Source: Candidatus Limiplasma sp. (GTDB lineage Bacteria; Bacillota; Clostridia; Christensenellales; Aristaeellaceae). From it: a stretch of 64,000 bases of DNA. This document shows positions 17,272 through 27,296 of this stretch, one piece after another. The notes below the pieces were generated by a model. The model saw nothing but the letters and a program-made list of their open reading frames with translations, was not told the origin of the DNA and did no database searches. How positions within the stretch are numbered: position 1 is the stretch's first letter; each line of letters starts with the position of its first letter. The stretch covers positions 33,652 through 97,651 of the forward strand of contig DBGEOK010000046.1 in the NCBI GenBank assembly GCA_048370855.1, in the 5' to 3' direction. The position numbers and the translations under genes are program-made.

Positions 17272-17957
17272 AGAATTTCCTTTCAGGCTTCACGCTTTCG
17301 CCGGTTCAAAGCGGGGCGCTTTCACAGCCGGTCGGAAAGAAGCAAGCAGGCGGAAAAACCGGTCGCGCGGCGGCGGTTCCGACGCCGGCTATATGGCCGC
17401 AATCCGGGCAAGAGAGAAAGGCGCGGACGCTAGACGAAGCAAGGCGGTTGGCAAAAGGCCCTTCCATAACCGGCCGGCGAAGCTGGCGACGCGCAATTTC
17501 AAGGGCGGGCATACCCTGACGCCGCATCGATCCCGTCCGTTCGGGCCGGGATGCCTGGAGGGCCAGCCCAGAGAAGGCCCGCGGGAGCCTCGACAGTCTG
17601 AACGCCGCATAATCCGGCCCATGCCGCCGTCAGAAAAACGCACGCCGGAAGCAAGCGTTGACGAAACCGGCGGTCCCGCGACAGGCCGCGCCAAAATGCG
17701 GTCATCAAAACGGCAGCGGCGGCAAAGTACAAAACCGTCGTCAGCGCGCGCGTTTCTGTGCCGAAGCCCGCGTCGGGCAGGGAGCTTTTGGTTGGACCGG
17801 CGCACGAGGCGGCAAGAAAATACGCGCGTCAAACTCCGAAGGGATGGATCATGCCGGGCCGCCCGCATGGCAAGCATCAGGGCGCGCGCCGCTCCGACGG
17901 GGAACGCCCGATCCTATTGTACCCTTTGAAACGCTCCGCGTCAATAAAAGAGCGGGA

Positions 17958-17986
17958 TTGACGGGAAAAAAGCGGCGCGGTATACT
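17958..17986 (+). promoter_or_regulatory. Sigma-70-type promoter for the radical SAM gene
   Basis: TTGACG (17958-17963), 17-nt spacer, TATACT (17981-17986). It lies ~40 nt upstream of the GTG start at 18025. Confidence 0.55.
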
Positions 17987-18024
17987 GGCGTCAGCCTATC
18001 AACCAACAAGCGAGGGGACGGCGC

Positions 18025-18924
18025 GTGAAAGAGGTGGAGACGGTTCCGGCGAAGCGCCTATTGCTGCCCGCCAGAATGAGGGACGATTCGTTTTTTCTCT
18101 CCGATTATACGTGTAATCTATATCGGGGATGCAACCATGGATGCGTTTATTGCGACAGCCGAAGCGTTTGCTACCATATCGACCGCTTCGACACGGTGCG
18201 CGTGAAGAAGGACGCGCTGAAAATGCTGGAGGATGAGCTGCGGCGCAAGCGAAGTCCGGGTATTGTGACCATGGGCGCGGCCAGCGACCCTTATAATAAG
18301 GTGGAAGAAAGGCTCGAGGTTACGCGCGGCGCGTTGTCCCTGCTGCTGAAATATGGTTTCGGAGTAGGGATGAGCACCAAAAGCGCGCTGATTTCCCGGG
18401 ACGCGGACGTCCTTGGAAGCATGGCGAAAAAAACGCCCGTTCAGGCGAGCTTTTCCATTACCACGGCGGAGGATTCGCTGGCGGCTTTGCTGGAACCGCA
18501 CGCCCCGCCAAGCTCGGCGCGCTTTGCCGCAATGCGGGCGCTGGCTGAGGCGGGGGTTCTTACAGGCGTCTGGATGAACCCAATGCTGCCCTTTATCACC
18601 GACCTGGAGGAGAACGTCCGGGCCGTTGTGCGGTTGACAAAGGAGCATGGCGGGCGCTATGTCATTTGCTTTTTTGGCATGACGCTAAGGGAAGGGGACC
18701 GTGAATACTTTTATCAGGCCCTCGATAGCGAGCCGCGCTTTTTGGGCGTCCGGCAAAAGTACGTGGACGCGTTTGGGCTGTCCTACGTGTGCCCCAGCCC
18801 AAAGGCGGCTGCCCTGGCGTCCCTGATGCGCGAGGAATGCGACCGGGCGGGGCTTTTCTGGCGCTTTCGGGAGCTGAACCAGGCGATGGCGCGTCGGCAG
18901 CCTGAGCAGTTATCCTTCTTTTGA
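18025..18924 (+). CDS. Radical SAM protein (SPL / DNA-photolyase-like subgroup)
   Basis: CNHGCVYC is a CxxxCxxC cluster near the N-terminus. The protein is 299 aa with a GTG start preceded by GAGGGGA. Confidence 0.85.
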   Translation: MKEVETVPAKRLLLPARMRDDSFFLSDYTCNLYRGCNHGCVYCDSRSVCYHIDRFDTVRVKKDALKMLEDELRRKRSPGIVTMGAASDPYNKVEERLEVTRGALSLLLKYGFGVGMSTKSALISRDADVLGSMAKKTPVQASFSITTAEDSLAALLEPHAPPSSARFAAMRALAEAGVLTGVWMNPMLPFITDLEENVRAVVRLTKEHGGRYVICFFGMTLREGDREYFYQALDSEPRFLGVRQKYVDAFGLSYVCPSPKAAALASLMREECDRAGLFWRFRELNQAMARRQPEQLSFF

Positions 18925-18935
18925 GGCGTCGGATG

Positions 18936-19637
18936 TCATCGGCTGTATACTCCGGTTTCGATTTCCCGGATATAGGCGTCGATGCGCGGGACAAGAGGCG
19001 TTAGGCGGGCGTCCTGCACGGCGCGTTCCCGGTCGTAATCCAATTGGCGAAAACGGATTTCAAAGGGCGCCTCCGCTTGACCGTTCTCGCCGTTGACAAT
19101 GGCGTAACAGCATTTCGGTATGCCCATCGCGTTTCCCACGCTGCCGGTATTCAAAAAGATGCCTGGCGACATGGTGCGCATGCCCTGACGGTGCGCGTCC
19201 GCATAGGCGACAACGTCGTAGCGCATGCCCTGCTCATCCTCAAAGAAGGGCGCGATCAGCTCGGCTTGGCTTTGCACCACAACCAGCTCCTCCATTTTAG
19301 GGCGTCCGTGGAACAGGCGAACGCGACGCCCGCTGAGCCATAGCTCGTATTCACCCGGCAGCTCGCACAGCTTTTGAAGGCGGCTTTCACCTAGCTGCTC
19401 CCAGTAAAAAACGTCCGGCGGAAACATTTTTCTGCCAACGCCGTAATCCCAGTTTCCACCCAGAATCAGGTCGCAGTTTGCAAAGGCCCAGTCAAAGGTA
19501 AAATCGCTGCTGGGGCCCTTGCCCACAATATCCCCCAGGCAAAAAATCCGGTCTACGGATTGGGCCGACAGGTCGCGCTCCAGGGCCTCGGTTGCGGGGC
19601 GGTTGCCATGTAGGTCCGCCACAAGGGCAATTTGCAT
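18936..19637 (-). CDS. Metallophosphoesterase (calcineurin-like phosphoesterase family)
   Basis: Motifs DLHGN, GDIVGKGP and GGNWD, plus downstream His residues. 233 aa. Confidence 0.85.
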   Translation of the reverse strand: MQIALVADLHGNRPATEALERDLSAQSVDRIFCLGDIVGKGPSSDFTFDWAFANCDLILGGNWDYGVGRKMFPPDVFYWEQLGESRLQKLCELPGEYELWLSGRRVRLFHGRPKMEELVVVQSQAELIAPFFEDEQGMRYDVVAYADAHRQGMRTMSPGIFLNTGSVGNAMGIPKCCYAIVNGENGQAEAPFEIRFRQLDYDRERAVQDARLTPLVPRIDAYIREIETGVYSR

Positions 19638-19885
19638 CGCCGAACGCCTCCTTTTTGTACCGCCCGCCGGACGTTCGGGACCGGACCCCGCGTGGGCGGT
19701 AACGCCGTTATTTTCAGACGGAAAAAGCGGATCAGGCAGACAAAATATCCCACTGCTTCATAAAAAAATCCGCCAAGCCCAGTATAACAGGGGAAAACTC
19801 ATTTCGCAAGAAGCATATGAGGAAAGGCATGAAGCGCACGTCCGTGACGCGAAGGCAGAGGATTTATGAAAAACAAAAATACCTC

Positions 19886-19914
19886 TTGACAAGCGGGTGC
19901 ATAATATGCATAAT
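19886..19914 (+). promoter_or_regulatory. Sigma-70-type promoter of the arg operon
   Basis: TTGACA (19886-19891), 17-nt spacer, CATAAT (19909-19914). Confidence 0.55.
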
Positions 19915-19934
19915 ATGTGCATATTCATTCATGA
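19898..19934 (+). promoter_or_regulatory. Candidate ArgR/AhrC operator (ARG-box-like AT-rich inverted repeats) overlapping the -10
   Basis: TGCATAATATGCA TAATATG TGCATATTCATTCA. The reverse complement of the distal box is TGAATgaatATGCA, against the ARG-box core TGAATwwwwATTCA. It sits directly upstream of argG. Confidence 0.45.
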
Positions 19935-19947
19935 GGAGGATGACGTT

Positions 19948-21183
<1,236 letters not shown>

Positions 21184-21186
21184 GCC

Positions 21187-22119
21187 ATGGCGACGGTCTT
21201 TATTGACGGCAACCAAGGGACGACGGGGCTTCGCATTGCGCATCGGCTGAAGGCCAGAGACGGGCTTTCCTTGCTCTGCCTTCCGGAAAGGGAGCGGAAA
21301 AGCCTTCCGGCGCGCGCGGAGCTGGCGCGCGTGGCGGATATTACCTTCCTTTGCCTTCCGGACGACGCCAGCCGGGAGCTGGTAGAATCGCTGGGGGAAG
21401 GCGAGGCGCGCCTGATCGACGCCTCTACCGCGCACCGGACGGACCCGCGCTTTGTGTACGGCTTTCCCGAGCTATCACCGGAGCGCCCGCGCGCGATCGC
21501 GGCGAGCCGACGCGTCGCCGTGCCGGGCTGTCACGCCAGCGGCTGCGTCGCCCTGCTGAAGCCGTTGCTGGCGTCCGGCGCGCTGGCGCCGGACACGGCG
21601 GTATCCCTGACTTCCCTGACAGGATATAGCGGGGGCGGGAAAAAGATGATTGCCGAATACGAGGCGGAGGGACGGCCGGCTTCCCTGCACGCGCCGCGGC
21701 CCTACGCGGTTTCTCAGGAGCACAAGCATCTGCCTGAAATTGTCCGGGAATGCGGGCTTGCGGCTCCGCCCGTATTTCAGCCCATCGTCATGGACGCGTA
21801 CAGCGGCATGCTCGTATCGCTGCCCATCCGCCGGGATATGCTGCGAAGAGGGCTCTCGCTCACGCAGGCGGGGGAAATTTATCGGGCCTTTTATCAGGGC
21901 CAGCCGCTTGTGCGCGTCCTCCAGGAAAACCCGGAAGCGCATATCGACAGCGCCAGCCTTTCCGGAACCGATAAGATGGAGATTTTTGTAACCGGAAACG
22001 ACGAGCGGATGATCGCTTATGCCCGCCTGGACAACCTGGGCAAAGGCGCCAGCGGCGCGGCGATCCAGTGCATGAACCTGATGCTGGGGCTTGACATGAC
22101 CGAGGGGCTGGTATTTTGA
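21187..22119 (+). CDS. argC: N-acetyl-gamma-glutamyl-phosphate reductase (short, type-2 form)
   Basis: 310 aa. It has an N-terminal NAD-binding region (IDGNQGTTG) and a catalytic Cys region (VAVPGCHASG). It lies inside the arg operon. Confidence 0.88.
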   Translation: MATVFIDGNQGTTGLRIAHRLKARDGLSLLCLPERERKSLPARAELARVADITFLCLPDDASRELVESLGEGEARLIDASTAHRTDPRFVYGFPELSPERPRAIAASRRVAVPGCHASGCVALLKPLLASGALAPDTAVSLTSLTGYSGGGKKMIAEYEAEGRPASLHAPRPYAVSQEHKHLPEIVRECGLAAPPVFQPIVMDAYSGMLVSLPIRRDMLRRGLSLTQAGEIYRAFYQGQPLVRVLQENPEAHIDSASLSGTDKMEIFVTGNDERMIAYARLDNLGKGASGAAIQCMNLMLGLDMTEGLVF

Positions 22120-22132
22120 AAGGAGCGTCCAG

Positions 22133-23365
22133 ATGACCGAGCTATCCTTTATCCCCGGAGGCGTTACCGCCGCGGCGGGCTTTTCCGCCGCCGGAGAACA
22201 CCTGGGTATCCGCAAAAACCGCACGCGGCGCGACGTCGCCCTGATTGTGAGCGAAAAGCTGGCTTCGGCGGCGTGCTGTTATACGCAAAACCTGGTCAAG
22301 GGCGCCCCCATCGGGGTGACACAGGCGCATGTGGCCGACGGCATGGCGCAGGCGGTGATCTGCAACAGCGGCAACGCCAACACATGCAACCAAAACGGCG
22401 TGGAGATCGCGGAGGGGATGTGCGCGCTGGTGGAGCAATACACCGGCGTGAAGGCGGAAAACGTCATCGTCGCCTCCACGGGGGTAATCGGCCAGCCGAT
22501 GTCTTTGGAACCGTTCGCGGCCGGCTTTGGAAGGCTGACGGACGCCCTGGCGCCGACGCCGGCAGGCGGTACGCACGCCGCGGAGGCTATCATGACCACG
22601 GATACCGTCGCCAAGGAGGTGGCGGTCCGCTTTTCGCTGGGAGGAAAAACGTGCAGGCTGGGCGGCATTTCAAAGGGCTCCGGCATGATTTGCCCCAACA
22701 TGGCCACCATGCTCTGCTTCCTGACTACCGACGCGGATATCGCGCCCGCCGCCTTGCAGCGCGCGCTTTCCTCCGTGACGGCGGATACGTTTAATATGCT
22801 CTCTGTGGACGGCGACACCTCCACCAACGATATGGTCAGCGTGCTCGCCAACGGCATGGCCGGCAACAACCGCATCGAATCCGCCATGGGCGCGGATTAC
22901 GAAGCGTTCAAGGACGCGCTGTATCAGGTCTGCGAGCGCCTTTGCGAGATCATGGCCAAGGACGGCGAGGGCGCGACCAAGCTGATGACCTGCTCCGTGA
23001 CCGGCGCGAAAACGACGGCGGCGGCCAAAGCGGTCGCCAAGGCCGTGATTAAAAGCACGCTGCTCAAGGCCGCTCTCTTCGGGGCGGACGCCAACTGGGG
23101 GCGCGTGCTGTGCGCCATCGGTTATTGCGGCGCGGATGTGGACGTCGGCAAGGTGGATGTCAATTTTCGCAGCCCGGCCGGGCTCATTGCCGTTTGCCGC
23201 GGCGGGGCGGGCGTGGCGTTCAGCGAGGAAGCCGCCAAAAGCATCCTGATGGAGGACGAAATCACCGTTCAGGTAGCGCTGAACAGCGGAAGCGCGCGCG
23301 CCAAGGCATGGGGCTGCGACCTAAGCTATGAATATGTAAAGATCAACGGCGATTACCGCACCTGA
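22133..23365 (+). CDS. argJ: Bifunctional ornithine acetyltransferase / N-acetylglutamate synthase
   Basis: Autoprocessing site context PNMATMLCFLTTDA. 410 aa. Confidence 0.95.
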   Translation: MTELSFIPGGVTAAAGFSAAGEHLGIRKNRTRRDVALIVSEKLASAACCYTQNLVKGAPIGVTQAHVADGMAQAVICNSGNANTCNQNGVEIAEGMCALVEQYTGVKAENVIVASTGVIGQPMSLEPFAAGFGRLTDALAPTPAGGTHAAEAIMTTDTVAKEVAVRFSLGGKTCRLGGISKGSGMICPNMATMLCFLTTDADIAPAALQRALSSVTADTFNMLSVDGDTSTNDMVSVLANGMAGNNRIESAMGADYEAFKDALYQVCERLCEIMAKDGEGATKLMTCSVTGAKTTAAAKAVAKAVIKSTLLKAALFGADANWGRVLCAIGYCGADVDVGKVDVNFRSPAGLIAVCRGGAGVAFSEEAAKSILMEDEITVQVALNSGSARAKAWGCDLSYEYVKINGDYRT

Positions 23366-23378
23366 CGGGAGGAAGAGC

Positions 23379-24227
23379 ATGACCATCGACCGGCGCGCGG
23401 AGGTGCTGATTCAAGCTCTCCCGTATATCAAGGCGTATAATCAAAAAATCGTGGTGATTAAGTACGGCGGCAACGCCATGGTCAACGAGGATCTGAAGCG
23501 CGCCGTCATGGGCGACCTGCTGCTGTTGCAGCTCGTGGGGGTAAAGGTCGTGCTGGTGCATGGGGGCGGCCCGGAGATCAGCGACCTGCTCAGGCGCGTC
23601 GGCAAGGAAAGCCGGTTTGTGGACGGGCTGCGCGTGACCGACGCCGAAACGGCGGAGATTGTGCAGATGGTGTTGGCGGGCAAGGTGGGCAAGAGCCTGG
23701 TCAGCCTGATCCAGTCGGTCGGCGGCAGGGCCATGGGGCTGTGCGGCATGGACGGGCATATGATCGAGGCGAAAAGGCTGGACGAGGTGCATGGGTTTGT
23801 GGGGGAGATTGTCCGCGTCAACACCCAGCCCATCCTGGACGTGCTGGAGAAGGGGTATCTCCCGGTTATTTCCACGGTTGGCTGCGATGACGAGGGAAAC
23901 GCCTACAACATCAACGCGGATACCGCCGCCGCTCGCATCGCTGCGAGCCTAGGGGCCGAAAGCCTCATCAGCATGACCGATATCCGCGGGATTCTTCGCA
24001 ATCCGCAGGATGAAAGCACCTTGATCCCCGTGATCCCCGTCAGCGAAGCGCCGGAGCTGATCCGCGAGGGCGTCATTTCGGGCGGGATGATCCCCAAGAT
24101 CGAGTGCTGCATCGAGGCCATCCGCCGGGGCGTTCATAAGGTATTTATTCTGGACGGGCGCGTGCCGCACGCCATCCTGATTGAATGCCTGACCGACGAG
24201 GGCGTCGGTACGATGTTTACGGAATAA
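23379..24227 (+). CDS. argB: Acetylglutamate kinase
   Basis: VVIKYGGNAM and VHGGGP motifs. 282 aa. Confidence 0.95.
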   Translation: MTIDRRAEVLIQALPYIKAYNQKIVVIKYGGNAMVNEDLKRAVMGDLLLLQLVGVKVVLVHGGGPEISDLLRRVGKESRFVDGLRVTDAETAEIVQMVLAGKVGKSLVSLIQSVGGRAMGLCGMDGHMIEAKRLDEVHGFVGEIVRVNTQPILDVLEKGYLPVISTVGCDDEGNAYNINADTAAARIAASLGAESLISMTDIRGILRNPQDESTLIPVIPVSEAPELIREGVISGGMIPKIECCIEAIRRGVHKVFILDGRVPHAILIECLTDEGVGTMFTE

Positions 24228-24291
24228 GGGCAGAGCGCCGGGCTAGGCAAAAAGCTTCCGACGCTTCCCATCCAGAAGGGGGTTGCTGCGG

Positions 24292-25461
24292 ATGCCGACC
24301 GTTCAGGAGCTGGACCGGCTTTATATCGCGCCTACTTACGCGCGGTTTCCCGTCACGTTTGTGCGGGGAGAGGGATGCACGCTGTATGACGAGGAGGGCA
24401 GGGCCTATCTGGATATGGGCAGCGGCATCGCCGTCAATGCGCTGGGCTACGGCGATGAGGCGTGGATCGGCGCGGTATGCGCGCAAGCCGGGGCGCTGGC
24501 TCATGCCAGCAATCTGTATTATACCGCGCCGCAGGCGGCGCTCGCCAAGCTGCTTTGCGAACGGACGGGTATGGCGCGGGTGTTTTTTGGCAACTCCGGG
24601 GCGGAGGCGAACGAATGCGCCATCAAGGTTGCGCGCAAGTATGCCGCCGACCGGGCGGGCGAAGGCGCGCGGCCGGTGGTGGTGACGATGCAAAACAGCT
24701 TTCACGGAAGGACGCTGGCGACTTTGGCCGCCACCGGGCAGGAGGCGTTCCACCATACGTTCGGCCCGTTTCCGCAAGGCTTCCGCCATGTGCCGCCAAA
24801 CGACGCGGCGGCGCTTGAAAGGGCGCTGGACGAGGGCGACGTATGCGCCGTGCTGCTGGAGACAATCCAGGGAGAGGGCGGCGTATGCTGCCTGAGCGAC
24901 GGCTATCTGCGCCGCGCGCGCGAGCTGACCGGAGCCCGGGACGTTTTGCTCATGGTGGATGAGGTGCAGACCGGGAATGGCCGTACCGGCAAGCTGTTCA
25001 GCTACCAGTGGGCCGGCGTCGTCCCGGATGTGGTCACCACAGCCAAGGGCCTGGCGGGTGGGCTGCCCATGGGCGCCTGCCTGTTGGGGGAAAAGGTGAA
25101 GGATACGCTCACCCCCGGCTCGCACGGCTCCACCTTTGGAGGCAATCCCGTTTGCGCCGCCGCGGCCTTGAGCGTGCAAAGCCGGCTGACGGAAGCTTTT
25201 TTGCATGAGGTGGAAGAGAAGGGGGATTATCTCATGCGGGAGCTGACGTCCGCGCCGGGGGTGGAAAGCGTGACGGGGCGCGGCCTCATGCTGGGCGTTC
25301 AGTGCGGCAGGAACGCGGCGGAGCTGGTAAGCGCTTTGCTGAGGAGGGGCGTGGCGGCGCTGACGGCCAAAACGAAGCTCAGGCTGCTGCCTCCGCTCGT
25401 CATCCCATGGTCCGACCTGGAGCGGGCCGTATCCATCATCAAGGATGAGCTTAAAGCCTGA
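24292..25461 (+). CDS. argD: Acetylornithine aminotransferase (class III PLP aminotransferase)
   Basis: Shows class III aminotransferase architecture with LLMVDEVQTGNGRTGK. I chose ATG 24292 because GAAGGGGG lies 9 nt upstream. The track start at 24283 is non-ATG. Confidence 0.9.
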   Translation: MPTVQELDRLYIAPTYARFPVTFVRGEGCTLYDEEGRAYLDMGSGIAVNALGYGDEAWIGAVCAQAGALAHASNLYYTAPQAALAKLLCERTGMARVFFGNSGAEANECAIKVARKYAADRAGEGARPVVVTMQNSFHGRTLATLAATGQEAFHHTFGPFPQGFRHVPPNDAAALERALDEGDVCAVLLETIQGEGGVCCLSDGYLRRARELTGARDVLLMVDEVQTGNGRTGKLFSYQWAGVVPDVVTTAKGLAGGLPMGACLLGEKVKDTLTPGSHGSTFGGNPVCAAAALSVQSRLTEAFLHEVEEKGDYLMRELTSAPGVESVTGRGLMLGVQCGRNAAELVSALLRRGVAALTAKTKLRLLPPLVIPWSDLERAVSIIKDELKA

Positions 25462-25501
25462 CGCGCTTTGCCGGAAGGGCAGAAGAAAGGAACGTTATGT
25501 C

Positions 25502-26416
25502 ATGAGCGAAACAATGAAGCACCTCCTGAAGCTTTCCGATCTGGACGGAGCGCAGATACTCCAGATCCTGAACCTGGCCGACCAACTGAAATATGAGCGC
25601 AAGCATGGCATCGCCCATCCGCTGCTCAAGGGAAAAACCCTGGGCATGATTTTTCAGAAGTCGTCCACCCGCACGCGCGTGAGCTTTGAGGTGGGCATGG
25701 CGCAGCTTGGAGGCAGCGCGCTGTTCTTGAGCAGCCGGGATCTGCAAATTGGGCGCGGGGAGCCTATCCAGGATACGGCCCGGGTTCTGAGCCGCTATCT
25801 GGACGGAATCATGATCCGCACGTTCGCGCAGCAGGAGGCGGAGGACCTGGCGAAATATGGGTCGATCCCCATTATCAACGGCCTGACGGACTATGCGCAT
25901 CCCTGCCAGGTTTTGGCCGACCTCATGACCATCCGCGAGCGCAGGGGTAGCTTCAAGAATTTGAAGCTCTGCTTTGTGGGGGATGGGAACAACATGGCCA
26001 ATTCCCTTATTGTGGGCTGCGTGAAGGTGGGCATGGCCGTGCGCGTCGCCTGTCCCCCGGGATACCTTCCCGACGCGGACCTGATGAAATGGGCCGAAGA
26101 AAACGGAGACTTTGCATGCGCCCCGGATGTGTCCGCCATGGCGGAGGGCGCGGACGTCGTCTATACGGACGTATGGGCCAGCATGGGTCAGGAGGGGGAG
26201 GCCGCAAAGCGCCGCGCCGCGTTCGCCGGTTATCAGGTTAACGCCGCGGTGATGTCGGCGGCCCGGAAGGGCGCGATGGCGCTCCACTGCCTGCCCGCGC
26301 ACCGTGAGGAAGAAATTACCGCGGAGGTGCTGGAGGAGCATGCCGGCGAAATTTTTGAGCAGGCGGAAAACCGTCTTCACGCGCAAAAGGCCGTCATGGT
26401 CAAGCTGATGCAATGA
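25502..26416 (+). CDS. argF: Ornithine carbamoyltransferase
   Basis: SSTRTRVSFE carbamoyl-phosphate motif and HCLPAH motif. 304 aa from MSETMKH, with GAAAGGAA upstream. Confidence 0.93.
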   Translation: MSETMKHLLKLSDLDGAQILQILNLADQLKYERKHGIAHPLLKGKTLGMIFQKSSTRTRVSFEVGMAQLGGSALFLSSRDLQIGRGEPIQDTARVLSRYLDGIMIRTFAQQEAEDLAKYGSIPIINGLTDYAHPCQVLADLMTIRERRGSFKNLKLCFVGDGNNMANSLIVGCVKVGMAVRVACPPGYLPDADLMKWAEENGDFACAPDVSAMAEGADVVYTDVWASMGQEGEAAKRRAAFAGYQVNAAVMSAARKGAMALHCLPAHREEEITAEVLEEHAGEIFEQAENRLHAQKAVMVKLMQ

Positions 26417-26495
26417 GAGAGGCGGGGGATATCGCGCGCCCGCCGACTCCCTTTCGGCCCCGGCGCTGAGCAAGGGCCTTTTCTCAGGATTAACC

Positions 26496-26963
26496 GTCGC
26501 TCGCCGCCCGGCAGGGCGGCGTTTTCGTTTTGCTTTCTCGCCAATATTGGCGTACCGGGTACGGCAGTACCAGGACCTTGTATTGGCTCGCGCCTGCGCA
26601 TCGCTTTGCCGCTTCGCTTCGGCGCGTTTCCATTCGCCTTCGCCTTCGGCGAACAGACCCCGGTCGCTCAATCGTCGCCCGCCGCCCTGCTCGGGCGGCG
26701 TTTTCGTTTCACTCCCACGCCAATATTGGCGTACCTGGTATGGCAGTACCAGGTCCTTGTATTGGCTCGCGCCTGCGCATCGCTTTGGCCTTCGGCGAAC
26801 AGCCCACAGGGCTGCCGCTCATTTCCAGCGCCACGGTGCTGCCGCACATTTCCGTCGTCCCCTTGTCCCCATCTTGGGCCGCGAAAGCGGCCCAAGCAAA
26901 GGGATTCCTAAGGGCAAAGCCCTTAGGCGGTGGGCTTGGGAGGCGGAGCCTCCCAACGTCCCT
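26496..26963 (+). repeat. Intergenic repeat element, copy 2: two tandem 178-nt units followed by the triple-hairpin module (26874-26963)
   Basis: Units begin at 26496 and 26674. About 114 nt of each is nearly identical: CGTCGC..GCCGCCC..GGGCGGCGTTTTCGTTT..CCAATATTGGCGTACC.GGTA.GGCAGTACCAGG.CCTTGTATTGGCTCGCGCCTGCGCATCGCTTTG. The 3' module is almost identical to 4552-4641. Confidence 0.7.
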
Positions 26964-27185
26964 TCACGCCGAAGCCCCCGACCCGCTTCGGTGACGGCTT
27001 GTTAAAAAACGGCTTTGAGAGGAAAGCCGAGAGAGGCAAAGATGCACAAAATTTTAATCTATTCATCAAGCCACGCTTGGGTTCCAACGCTTCCGTTGTT
27101 CATCAAGCGCCCTTTCAACATGGGAATAATCGCATATAAAATGGATAATGTGGCGAAAAAGAGACTAATATTGCACATAATTTCA

Positions 27186-27214
27186 TTGACTTCGACAAAA
27201 GTTGATGCTATACT
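27186..27214 (+). promoter_or_regulatory. Sigma-70-type promoter of the lactonase/ABC locus
   Basis: TTGACT (27186-27191), 17-nt spacer, TATACT (27209-27214). Confidence 0.55.
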
Positions 27215-27238
27215 ACGACCATCGACAGGCTGTTGAAA

Positions 27239-27262
27239 CAATTTGATTCATGAACCAAATTG
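27239..27262 (+). promoter_or_regulatory. 24-nt near-perfect palindrome (candidate operator) between promoter and first gene
   Basis: CAATTTGATTCATGAACCAAATTG is self-complementary except for one symmetric pair. It is followed by ATTGCAAATAATTGCA and lies ~25 nt downstream of the -10. Confidence 0.5.
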
Positions 27263-27296
27263 CAAATAATTGCAGAACAGGGAGAGGGAATTACGC

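Noticed and set aside
17114-17929. ORFs of 271 aa (+), 162 aa (-) and 77 aa (-) in the gap upstream of whiA.
   Set aside because: They are extremely Arg/Pro/Gly-rich, have no RBS and overlap one another. I treat the region as non-coding or decayed and report it as a finding instead.
26530-27005. Three overlapping + strand ORFs (about 100-154 aa) and minus-strand ORFs inside the repeat block. These include peptides such as EPIQGPGTAVPGTPI that recur at 4220-4756.
   Set aside because: The recurrence reflects the DNA repeat. The frame is not maintained between tandem units, the composition is low in complexity, and there are no RBSs.
27059-27241. 60-aa minus-strand ORF with a hydrophobic stretch in the AT-rich promoter region of the lactonase/ABC locus. 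The 73-aa + strand ORF at 27015-27236 falls in the same region.
   Set aside because: They overlap the predicted promoter and have no RBS. AT-rich promoter DNA often yields short hydrophobic ORFs by chance.
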